In this document: in pieces, positions 9,771 to 19,100 of the stretch
Layout of the letters: the number at the start of each line of letters is the position of its first letter
How positions within the stretch are numbered: position 1 is the first letter of the stretch
Assembly (NCBI GenBank): GCA_963797095.1
Contig: CAWCNY010000002.1
Coordinates: 1,120,001 to 1,184,000 of the forward strand
Direction: 5' to 3'
DNA: 64,000 bases
From: an uncultured Chloroflexia bacterium
Lineage (GTDB): Bacteria > Chloroflexota > Chloroflexia > QHBQ01 > JADMIH01
Notes under the pieces: generated by a model
The model's database searches: none
The model's input: the letters and a program-made list of their open reading frames with translations, nothing else
What the model was told of the DNA's origin: nothing
Made by a program: the position numbers and the translations under genes

Positions 9771-9799
9771 ATCATACGATGGATATGGGCTTATGTCAA
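9771..9799 (-). promoter_or_regulatory. sigma70 promoter of rny (TTGACA-N17-TATGAT)
   Basis: Near-consensus on the minus strand, implying a leader of about 200 nt. Confidence 0.75.
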
Positions 9800-9818
9800 G
9801 GGTCTCTAGTTTGACATC

Positions 9819-11180
9819 CAGGGCTGATGCAAAGTCGAAATAGAGGAAAAGAGGATAGACAAGCAAATAGCACCCGCTTGGGATAAGATGCGAGTTGCAA
9901 CAACCATCAAACCCAAGAAAGGTGCTATGTGAGATGAAATGTACCATGCTCCCCCTTGACGTGCAACTGCCCCAAGAGCCATTCGCCTTCAGTCTGCAAG
10001 CTCTTGTAGAGAAACTACACTCAGTACAAGATCTGCGAGATCCAAGAGGAGTGCGCTACCCATTGAGTGTGGTGCTGACAGTGGCCGTGCTCGCCAAGCT
10101 GGCGGGTCACAGCCAGTTGAGGGCTGTGGCTGAGTGGGCCTCCTTGCGCTCAGAACAACTCTGCTCGCTGCTGGGTTTTGGCAGAACTACTCTGCCACAC
10201 CCTACCACCTGGGGGCGCATCTTTGGCACAGCTCTCGACCCTTGTGCTCTGGACCAGGTGGTAGGGGAGTACTTCAAGGAGTTGTGTCAGCCTTCTATAC
10301 ACAGGAAGCGCAATCGTCGAGGAGGGTTGGTGCTCACCATTGACGGCAAGACGCTGAGGGGTACGATCCCGTTGGGCAACACACAAGGAGTGCATCTGGT
10401 GTGTGCCTACTTACCACAGGTGGGAGTGGTGCTGGCTCAAGTAGAGGTAAAACACAAGGCTAACGAGTTGACAGTGGCTCCCACTCTCCTTGCCCAACTT
10501 GACCTTGAAGGTGTAGTGGTAACAGGAGATGCTATGTTTGCCCAGCGCAATCTATCTGCTCAGATCGTTAGAGGGGGAGGAGATTACCTGTGGAAGGTGA
10601 AGGAGAACCAACCGGAGTTGCTCGCCGATATCCGCACGCTGTTTGATCCTCCACCTGCCCTCCAACCGACCAGGACTGAGGCTCCAAACTTCGCCTTGCC
10701 CTCCGATCTAGAGTGGGCAAGCAGTGTGAGCAAAGGGCATGGACGAATAGAAGAGCGCACAATATGGGTGAGTTCGGCTCTGTGTGGGTACTCAGATTGG
10801 CCGCATTTGGAGCAGGTGTTCAAGCTCAAGTGCCGGGTGGTAGACGGATTGGGTCAGATAAAGGAGATGGTGCATTACGGAGTAACCTCTCTGCCAAGTG
10901 CAGCAGGGTCGCCCCGCAGGCTCTTGGCGGTGGTAAGAGAGCATTGGGGAATAGAGAACGGGTTGCACTATCGCCGAGATGTAAGCCTGGACGAGGACTA
11001 TTCCCAGGTAAGGGTAGGACATGCACCGCGTGTACTGGCGACTCTCAACAACATTGTGGTAGGGTTAGCAGCTCATCATGAGCAAGCAAATCTGCCTGCT
11101 GCTCAACGCGCCTTCCACTACCGCTTGGAGCGTGCCCTTTGGACGAGGTCCCTCTCATGATAGACTTTGCATCAGCCCTG
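9819..11180 (+). mobile_element. Complete ISAs1-family insertion sequence
   Basis: Perfect 18-bp inverted repeats CAGGGCTGATGCAAAGTC (9819-9836 and 11163-11180); 10-bp target duplication GTTTGACATC (9809-9818 and 11181-11190). Confidence 0.95.
9934..11160 (+). CDS. ISAs1-family DDE transposase
   Basis: 'DLRDPRGVRYPL', 'IDGKTLRG', 'VTGDAMFAQ', 'KGHGRIEER', 'HWGIENGLHYRRDV'. Confidence 0.95.
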   Translation: MKCTMLPLDVQLPQEPFAFSLQALVEKLHSVQDLRDPRGVRYPLSVVLTVAVLAKLAGHSQLRAVAEWASLRSEQLCSLLGFGRTTLPHPTTWGRIFGTALDPCALDQVVGEYFKELCQPSIHRKRNRRGGLVLTIDGKTLRGTIPLGNTQGVHLVCAYLPQVGVVLAQVEVKHKANELTVAPTLLAQLDLEGVVVTGDAMFAQRNLSAQIVRGGGDYLWKVKENQPELLADIRTLFDPPPALQPTRTEAPNFALPSDLEWASSVSKGHGRIEERTIWVSSALCGYSDWPHLEQVFKLKCRVVDGLGQIKEMVHYGVTSLPSAAGSPRRLLAVVREHWGIENGLHYRRDVSLDEDYSQVRVGHAPRVLATLNNIVVGLAAHHEQANLPAAQRAFHYRLERALWTRSLS

Positions 11181-11694
11181 GTTTGACATCCCATCATAAC
11201 TCTTCGGGAGGCTTTGGTTGCCAGTCGCCGAGGAACTGTGCAATTCTGAGTGGGAACTTGGCATGTTCTTGGTAGTAGGCTTGCAAAACCGCCTCAGTCA
11301 CCATCCTCTCCATCAACCGTTGCAACCCACGTGTCAGCACCACCTTGCCTGGCTTACGATCTTTGTGCGGCTCAAAGCCTCCTAATCTGGCGAGCAGTTG
11401 CACTTCCTCCCACTCCCAAGTCACTCCCAATTCGTACAGAAAGCCCGCCGCTATCCATGCTAAGGCCACCAACGTGCGTACTCCCTCCAAATCAAGCACC
11501 TGCACCTGTTCCCAATCCACGCATTCTTTGGTGAATTTGAAGCTGTCCCCCACAGCCCACCGCTGGCGATACATCTGGAAGATACGCACTGCCCCTGCCG
11601 CATCTTCTATGGGCCAATCGGTTAGCAGCAGCCACGGCTCCCAATTGCTGTCCACTATCCGCACCTCCACCAACCACATTTGTTTGGTTACACT

Positions 11695-11724
11695 CTTGCC
11701 TGGCCTTGCCTGGCCTTGCCTGGC
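11695..11724. repeat. 10-bp tandem repeat CTTGCCTGGC x3
   Basis: Direct reading; coincides with the transposase frameshift. Confidence 0.9.
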
Positions 11725-11881
11725 CCACGGCGACGGACATTGGTGCGGTAGTCCAACTCCAATGGGTAAGCACTGAGTAGTGCCTGCACACGCTGGCGCT
11801 TGGTCATTCGTTGTCCTTGCAAGCGTATCTCCAACTCGGTGTTTGCCGTTGCCAGCTTTCGTACCTGTGATTGGGCTTGCT

Positions 11882-11949
11882 CGATAGAACCACTCTGCCG
11901 ATAGAACCACTCTGCCGATAGAACCACTCTGCCGATAGAACCACTCTGC
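11882..11949. repeat. 17-bp tandem repeat CGATAGAACCACTCTGC x4
   Basis: Four perfect head-to-tail copies with no spacers. Confidence 0.95.
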
Positions 11950-12051
11950 CACTGGTCCTGACCGTGCCTGTCCAAGTAGCGCACTGCTCGCTCACTTCCC
12001 TCCTCTTGCCCATTTATGATGGGATGTCAATCTCTAGAAGTATGGAAAGAT

Positions 12052-12101
12052 GACAAAGAGGAAGGACGAAGGTGCTGATGCCTTCGTCCTTCCTCTTTGT
12101 C
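12052..12101. terminator. 21-bp perfect hairpin containing GACGAAG-like units
   Basis: GACAAAGAGGAAGGACGAAGG-N8-CCTTCGTCCTTCCTCTTTGTC, downstream of the 1210-aa gene. Confidence 0.75.
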
Positions 12102-12145
12102 CCTAGTAGAAGTAGCTACAAGATGCTACCCCATCTTACCTCATG

Positions 12146-15100
12146 CTACCTCGATGGTGTCTGGCAACCGGGTAAGAATGTGTTAGCCACTATCTTACTC
12201 GCCTGTCCTCTGGTGGCATTGGAGCCTGGCCTGAAGTATGGCAGGTTGGCAGGGCCTACACATGGCTCTCCCACTCCTCCACATGCGTACCCGTTCATCA
12301 CTCCCAATGCTGTCAGCCTCCAGATGTACTCGTAGAATGTTGACCCTGGCAGCACGTCCTGGAACTGCTGAGAGCCTGCCGGTGCTGTCAGCCCTGCTGC
12401 ATTCGAGATTATCTTCGAGATTTGCCCTCTCGTGATGTTCGCATTAGGTCTGAAGTACGGCAGGTTGCCTGCACCACACGGTTCTCCTGCTCCACCACAA
12501 GGGTAGCCGTTGACATACCCTCTGATGGTCAGCTGCCAGATGTACTCAAAGAAGGTAGAGCCAAGAGGCACATCTTCATACTGCTGAGGACCTGTTGGGT
12601 CGTTGAAGCCAGCAGCATTGGAGGCTATCTTTGCGAGTTGTCCCCTGGTGACCAGGTTAGCAGGCTTGAAGCAAGGGTTACCTGTATCACAGCCTGACGA
12701 GTAGCCGTTGATAATGCCTCTACAAGCCAGGCACTTGATGTTGTCGTAGAACGTTGAGCCAGGCAGCACATCGGTGAACTCAAGGGTACATGCTGTGGGG
12801 GTAGCTGTCACCTCTCCCGGCGTATTCGTGGGGGCCACAGATGTAGACGTAGATGTTGCACCAGGAGGCGAGGTAGACGTTGCACCAGGCGGTGAGGTAG
12901 ATGTGGCGGTAGCGGGTGGTGAGGTAGATGTTGAAGTGGCAGGTGGTGACGTAGATGTGGCGGGCGGTGTGGTAGCTGTCGATGTGGCGGGTATAGGTGT
13001 TATCGTAGGCGTGCCGCACGGTGGCGCTGAATAGGAAAGTAGCAGGCCATCGCTGATGGCAGTAAAGCACGAGTACTGTGTGAATTGAGTGGGGTTCCTC
13101 TGCACACCCAGCGTGGCATCATCGCCTGTCAGGCCCATTGTGCCGTAGATTACGTCGAACTTGTTCTGCCCTTCGTACAGGCGTATTTCGTAGTTGGTGT
13201 CGGTGCCGGGCTCGCATGTGGTAGATGTGTTGTACCCGCACGTTCTGAACTCCATATTGTAGATGCGGTTAGGTTCTACGCCGGATATGGATGTAAAGAC
13301 ACCCTTGCCGGAAGGCGTAGTGAGTTGGTCATCCCAGAAGGGGAAGATGGCGTAGTCGGTGATTGCAGCGCTCGCCAGGCAGTCATTATCGTATTCGTCG
13401 TTAGTAGAGACGAATTGCAGGTTGCCGTTAGAGCTTACATTGACCCCTGAGAACTGCTGGTCATAAAGTTGCACGGGGAACGGCAGGCTGACAAAGGTCA
13501 TGCCGTCGTCGGTATGGTTGCCGATATCGTTTGTGCCCGGCACGATAGTGGCCGTGCCTGTGGCGACCGTGTAGTCCATAGCGCAGGCGGGCGTAGGCGT
13601 GGGTGTCCCCGGCGTGGGAGTGGTAGTAGGCGTCCCGCCTCCTCCTGTGCAAGGGTTGATCTCCACGGTATAAGACTCGCAGCCGAGGTTAGGCGAAAGC
13701 TCGTGTACCACCACGACCACGGCGTGCCCCGCCGGCACATTGACTGAGTAGCTGTATTGTGGGCCTCCTATGTCTCCATAGTCGCCCAGGTAGTTCTGAG
13801 CCAGGCTGGCCGGGTTGAACGTATCGAGGTAGGCGGCGCTACCTGTGGTGTTATCGCTACAGGCATTTGTCACTCGTATTGTGACGCATTGTGACACTGC
13901 TGTAGTGTTGGTATAGACGTAGGTGTCGTAGTGCCGCACGAAACCGTCGGCGGTGACTGAGCCGCTGTTTGGTGAAGCGCACGAGCTAGGCGGGTGGCCC
14001 CTGTTCACACGGCCTGTCTGGGTTGGGTCGCTGTTGGTGATCACGCCCGTGTATGAGACGTAACCTGTGCACGGTGTAGGGCTTGGTGGTGGCGTGGTAG
14101 GGGTCGGGTAAACTCCGGTAGCGGTCGGTACAGGGGTTGATGTACCGCCTGTGCAGCCGGGGAACTTGAATGAGCCGATGCGTGTTCGCCAGTTGCGCGG
14201 GCCGGTCTGGGCGAAGTACTCGGTGGTGTACCAGAAGGTGCAGTCGTCCAGCGGGTCGATGGAGATGCTGCTATAGTCGCCCCAGCGCGGTGCGGCGGCA
14301 TTGGTCTCGGACCCACCGCCCGCTATGAGCGTTTCTTCTCCCTGCGACATCTGCCCCAGCGGGTCGCCCGCCAATCTACCTGCGTACCTTATCTCTGGGT
14401 AGATCGATGAGCTTGACGCACTGAAGCCGATTGCCATATCCCCCACATGGTCGAAGGTGATACTGCCCATCCACCGGAATATGCCGTCGGCAGGCGAGTA
14501 TGTCCCCTCCTGGTAGACGGTAGGCGTGCCGTTAGGGTCGCGCAATTCATACCAGCGCGGGCCTACGGTCGATCCCGTATCGATGGTGTAATTGAGCGCA
14601 AGGGCCTCGTGGTCTCCGAAGTTGCGGTAGGCCAGCCTGTACATCAACCTGTCATTAAGGGGATCGACCTGCACCGATGTGCCCAATTGTGGTATCCCGC
14701 CCCGGTTGATGGTGAAGGGCGTGACCGCCAGGGAGGTGGGGCCTGTAAAGGTCGAGTTGGAGGGGGTGGTCCAGTCTACATGGAATTTGTAGAGGGCCAG
14801 GTGCGAGAGGTCGGGGTAGGTTACGAAGTAGTTCGGGCTGCCGGCCGGAGGTAGAGCGCCATCCAGGTCGGATGGAAGAAGGCCGCCGTCGGAGGAGCCG
14901 AAGAAGACCATGCGAGCCGTCGGGTCGCCCTCAAGCATGCGGGCCCGCTCGAAAGCGAAGTTGCCGCCGTTGTAGGGACCACCAAACTCGTTGGAGGTCA
15001 TGTAGTACGCATCGGGCCACACGCCAAAGTGCGGGTAGTCCTCGAATGCACCGGGGGTGGGGCCGGATACGAAGTCGTAGCGATAATAGGTGCCCGCCGC

Positions 15101-15778
15101 GTCCTCGCTGGCCGAGATTGCGATGCACTGGTGGCTAGGGGTATTGGTAGTAAACTGGCTGATGAGCCACCTGCCCGCCATCGAGTCGTACAGGCCGATG
15201 ACATCGCCATCATTATTGCTTTCGCACTGGCCGCCGAAGCCGGTCCAGATGGTGTTCATGTTGGTGGGGCCGTAGATAGACGTGCCGTTCCTGGCGAACA
15301 CCTCGAATGTGGAGTTGACCGTCTGTACGTACTGGTTGCGCCCGATGTCGCCGTTGGTGTCGGGCGGTATGTAGCCATCGAGGTTGTACTGGCCCTCGAA
15401 GTTGGCTTCGGGGGTTGGCATTGTAAGAGGACCAGCCAGTTGCTGCCGGGTGGGGTCATCTCCCTTTAGGGTATCGCCGCCGGTGACGTTGCGCCGTTCA
15501 TGCCAGTTTTCGTCGGGGCGCGTCTTGGGTGTGAGCTTGATCGGGTATTCGCGTATAGGGAGCGAGATATCGCTCCTGGCCGGGTAGCGGATGATAGGCT
15601 CGCCTGCGGCCAGCTTGCGGGCATCACCCTGCCAGTCGATGGTGGTCTCGTCGGTTGTCATCACCTTGACACGTGTGCCCGCGCTGGTCGATACAATCGA
15701 GTTGAGCGCGCTGAGGCCCGTGACGATGGCAAGCAGCATGAAAAGAGTGACGACTATACGGGTTGGCCTGTTTCTCAT
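12146..15778 (-). CDS. Secreted multidomain protein with C-terminal Cys-rich triple SLH
   Basis: Signal peptide; uncharacterized 'PPDTNGDIG...RWGDYS' domain; Thr/Pro linkers; three 'F.DV..GSTFY...GY..FRP...TRGQ..KI' repeats; RBS AAGGAG. Confidence 0.85.
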   Translation of the reverse strand: MRNRPTRIVVTLFMLLAIVTGLSALNSIVSTSAGTRVKVMTTDETTIDWQGDARKLAAGEPIIRYPARSDISLPIREYPIKLTPKTRPDENWHERRNVTGGDTLKGDDPTRQQLAGPLTMPTPEANFEGQYNLDGYIPPDTNGDIGRNQYVQTVNSTFEVFARNGTSIYGPTNMNTIWTGFGGQCESNNDGDVIGLYDSMAGRWLISQFTTNTPSHQCIAISASEDAAGTYYRYDFVSGPTPGAFEDYPHFGVWPDAYYMTSNEFGGPYNGGNFAFERARMLEGDPTARMVFFGSSDGGLLPSDLDGALPPAGSPNYFVTYPDLSHLALYKFHVDWTTPSNSTFTGPTSLAVTPFTINRGGIPQLGTSVQVDPLNDRLMYRLAYRNFGDHEALALNYTIDTGSTVGPRWYELRDPNGTPTVYQEGTYSPADGIFRWMGSITFDHVGDMAIGFSASSSSIYPEIRYAGRLAGDPLGQMSQGEETLIAGGGSETNAAAPRWGDYSSISIDPLDDCTFWYTTEYFAQTGPRNWRTRIGSFKFPGCTGGTSTPVPTATGVYPTPTTPPPSPTPCTGYVSYTGVITNSDPTQTGRVNRGHPPSSCASPNSGSVTADGFVRHYDTYVYTNTTAVSQCVTIRVTNACSDNTTGSAAYLDTFNPASLAQNYLGDYGDIGGPQYSYSVNVPAGHAVVVVVHELSPNLGCESYTVEINPCTGGGGTPTTTPTPGTPTPTPACAMDYTVATGTATIVPGTNDIGNHTDDGMTFVSLPFPVQLYDQQFSGVNVSSNGNLQFVSTNDEYDNDCLASAAITDYAIFPFWDDQLTTPSGKGVFTSISGVEPNRIYNMEFRTCGYNTSTTCEPGTDTNYEIRLYEGQNKFDVIYGTMGLTGDDATLGVQRNPTQFTQYSCFTAISDGLLLSYSAPPCGTPTITPIPATSTATTPPATSTSPPATSTSTSPPATATSTSPPGATSTSPPGATSTSTSVAPTNTPGEVTATPTACTLEFTDVLPGSTFYDNIKCLACRGIINGYSSGCDTGNPCFKPANLVTRGQLAKIASNAAGFNDPTGPQQYEDVPLGSTFFEYIWQLTIRGYVNGYPCGGAGEPCGAGNLPYFRPNANITRGQISKIISNAAGLTAPAGSQQFQDVLPGSTFYEYIWRLTALGVMNGYACGGVGEPCVGPANLPYFRPGSNATRGQASKIVANTFLPGCQTPSR

Positions 15779-16007
15779 ACTTGGCTCCTTCCTTCCTCAC
15801 CTGATATGTGAAACGTGACAAATGGCTATCGTCTTTGGTCCCTTGAAATATCGGCAAATATATTCTTTCCCCTGCCGGGGACCAGGACCTGCCAATTGTA
15901 CATCCATAACCACGCCCGCGCTAGCCTTTTGGCACAAGCATTTTGGTAAATTTGCGAGGTAGTCGGATTCGCCGTCATATACTAAATGGCATTGATAGCA
16001 CAAATCT

Positions 16008-16040
16008 GGACAGGTTTTGGGGTGTACTTTCGGGTGGTTT
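16008..16040 (-). repeat. Dispersed 33-bp element, copy 1 (identical to 47452-47484)
   Basis: Reverse complement reads AAACCACCCGAAAGTACACCCCAAAACCTGTCC. Confidence 0.9.
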
Positions 16041-16077
16041 CCGGATGTAGATGCACCAGTATGGCAGTTTAGATCTC

Positions 16078-16106
16078 GTAGAGCGCGAGGCATGCCTAGC
16101 CCCTAC
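16078..16106. repeat. GTAG-type REP element
   Basis: GTAGAGCGCGAGGCATGCCTAGCCCCTAC, an imperfect GTAG...CTAC palindrome of the RAYT-associated type. Confidence 0.7.
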
Positions 16107-16163
16107 AAGTGGATTTCATGAGGGTTCGCCTAGATTATTCGTTGGTTCGTCGTCTTTCGTCCT

Positions 16164-19100
16164 TCAGCGGATCGTTGCTGTACACGCCGGGAAGAAGGTG
16201 TTGGCTACTATCTTGGATGTTTGACCTCTCGTAACGCTGTTGGCGGGGCGGAAGTATGGACGGTTGCCCGGCATGCATGGTTCAGGGTTGCCGCAGGGAT
16301 AGCCGCTCATCACCCCCCTCGAAGCTAACCTTTCGATGAAGTCATAGAAGGTGGAGCCGGGTGGCACGTCCTCGAAGGTCTGCTCGGCGGTGGTATCGTT
16401 GTAGCCTGCCGCGTTGGAGACGATCTTGGCAAGCTGGCCGCGGGTGGCGGTGCCATTGGGCCGGAAGTAGGGGCGGTTGGCGGTGCCACATGGCTCGCCC
16501 GGCCCGCCGCAGGGGTAGCCCTGCATGACCCCCCTCGATGCAAGCCTGCCGATGAAATCGTAGAAGGTTGAGCCGAGCGGCACATCTTCGAATATCTGCA
16601 CGCCGGGGTCGTCGTTGAAGCCCGCCGAATTGGATACGATCTTGGCTATCTGCCCCCTGGTAACGTCGTTGCCCGGCTTGAAGCATGGGCTACCCGTCTC
16701 GCACCCCTCCGCGTATCCGTTGATTATGCCGAGACAGGCCAGGCAGTGGATGAATGGGTAGAAAGTGCTGTCGTTCGGCACATCCATGAATGCAAGGGTG
16801 CATAGGGTGGCGGTAGCGGTGACGACAGCACTGGTGGATGTCGCTTGAGGTATGCCCGTCAGGATGGGCGTAGACGAGGGATTGGCGGGTGTCTGGCTAG
16901 GCAGGAGCGTGTTAGAGGGGGTGCCGGTTGGGTTGGGAGTGGCACTGGGACCGCCCGGCGTCTGGGTCGGTTCCGGCGTGTCAGTGGGGGGCGTGTCAGT
17001 GGGGTTAGTAGTGCCGCTCGCGGTCGGGGTGCTGGTAGCTGTGGCTGTAGCTGTGGCTGTGGTAGTAGTAGTGGGGGTGCCTGGGGTAGGGGTGGCGCAG
17101 CTACCGAGATTGAAGTACACCGAATCGCTGATCGACCCTCCGCACCGGTATTGCGTGTAAAAGACGCCGTCTTTTTGAACGCCCACAAGAGCCACGTTTT
17201 GAGATGTGGAACCGTATCTCAATTCAAAACGCGCCAACCCCTCACTCAACCTTAGCTCGAAGTTGACCCGGTCGCCGCATACTCCGCCTGCGAAGTAGCA
17301 ACCCCTCCACTCTACATTGAAAGTGCGGAAAGGAGCAGTGCCCGATATCGACGTATAGATACCGTCGCCTGCGCTAGTGAGCAGCAGGTCGTCCCCGTTG
17401 GCGAAGATTGTGTATGTGGCGCTGGTTACGGGCATGCAAGTGGCCGCGAGGCCAGGGCTGCTCCCGAATGTGGCTATGCCGTTCGCGTAAACGTGCAACG
17501 TTGAGAAATACTGGTCGTAGAGCTTGTACGAGAAGGGCAGGCTGATCTCTACGCTACAATCGTCGCAGTTCGAGCCCGGAACAAAGGTAGTGCCCGGCAC
17601 TATTGGGTCCGTGTTGGTCCCTGTAGTATAGTTCTGGGTTGGGCATAGGGTGGGGATGGTGGTGGGAGTGTAAGTGGGTGGCGGCGTAACAGGAGTGCCT
17701 GTGGTCGTATCGATCGTGAGGCACCACCCGTCTTCAATATAGCCGTCGAAGCCTGGGTAATCATCAACAATATAGAGGCTCCAGGTGCCGTTGGGGTCGG
17801 TACCGTTAAAGGCCGACAGCGTAGATCCCCAGGGTGCAGGAGGGGCGGGTGGCGGGTAGTTGTCGTCGTAAGGCGGGCTTTCGTAGTTGGTGGGGCTTAC
17901 TATGAACGGGCTTGAAGGCGGGCACCCTACCTGTGGGAACTGCGGCGCTCCGTCCACAAACTGTATATCGACGTCATTGGAGTGGCAAGCATCCCCGGCG
18001 TCGGACAGGAGCACCACGCTCTGGCCCTGAGGCCCAACCAGCAGTATGTCGAGATCGCCCGTCCATTGCGTCTGCACGTTGCTCAGTGTGACGCTCATGC
18101 CCGTGATGGTGCCGCTAAGGCCGCTCACCTCAATATGCGATGGGTAGGGAGTGGCGGTGCCCCACTGAGGCCATGTGATCTCGTCAGTGTTGCAGAACGT
18201 ATCGCCTGTGAAGGGTGTGGGTGAACTTGTGGGTGTGGAAGTGGATGGCGCGGTTGGAGTGCGCGACGCAGTTGAAGTAGGAGTGCTCGTTGGTGTCGAG
18301 GTTTGTGTGGGGACGATAGAAGGGGTTCCTGTGGCTGTGGGGCTGGCACCGGCAGGCGTGGGGGTGCGGGTTGGTGTGCCGCCACCGCCCGGCAGCACAT
18401 CCAGGAAGATTGCGCTGATGGCCCCCCAGCTCTGGAAGCCTTCATAGCTGTTCACACCCCGCCCGCGTACCATCAGAAGGTGCCTGCCGGGCGTGAGGCC
18501 CGATGTATCGACGGTGGCCTGCACCCCCTCGGTAGCCGAGTTGAAGCTTCCGTCGATGGGTTGCATCGCTATGCCTGTGCCTCCCGCCCAGGGTGGGTTG
18601 TCAATGTAGTATTCGGCGGCGGCTACATTCTGGTAGTAGGTGTTCAACTCGTTTGGATTGTTGCTCGACCAGTTGTAATTGATACTGGCCGTCAGGTTCG
18701 CGGAGGTGCCCTGGGTGACAGTCATCGGGGTGGATACCACCGAATTTGTATCAGGGCCGCGCGTCATCAGGTAGGGCTGGCGCGCCAGCTTGCTGAGATA
18801 GATCAGCGGGCCTCTGTTGGCGTTCCAGTCGACGGCTACCTGGCTGTAGGGAGGGGTAAAGCTGCCGCCGCTATCAAGCTCGATGGTGAAGCCGGGGGCA
18901 CCCAGGTCGCCGTACTCGGCGTCGTCGATTGCGCCGTCTGTGGGGTAGAGGCCCACCGATTGCTCCATGAGATAGCCATTGCCTCCCACGCCGGTGGCTG
19001 CCATGTGCTTGGCAAGGTTACGCAGGTCGTCGTTGTTGGGCGCGTGGTCGAAGGTCTGTCCCCACGGATAGAGGGTAAGGCGGGCGTCTGAATGCATATC

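Larger units (their letters stand above)
11181..12031 (-). mobile_element. Internally deleted, degenerate IS4-like element (transposase pseudogene)
   Basis: Inverted repeat TTGACATCCCATCATAA (11183-11199) and TTATGATGGGATGTCAA (12014-12030); 'PWLLLTDWP...YRQRWAVGDSFKFTK' with Gly at the expected catalytic Glu; frameshifted; only about 850 bp. Confidence 0.8.

Noticed and set aside
11882-11949. CRISPR array
   Set aside because: The 17-bp units are contiguous with no spacers, lie inside a transposase remnant, and no cas genes are present.
12790-13010. DNA repeat elements in the Thr/Pro-rich stretches (also near 16.9, 18.2, 20.9 and 54.7 kb)
   Set aside because: These are low-complexity protein linkers with codon-level periodicity.
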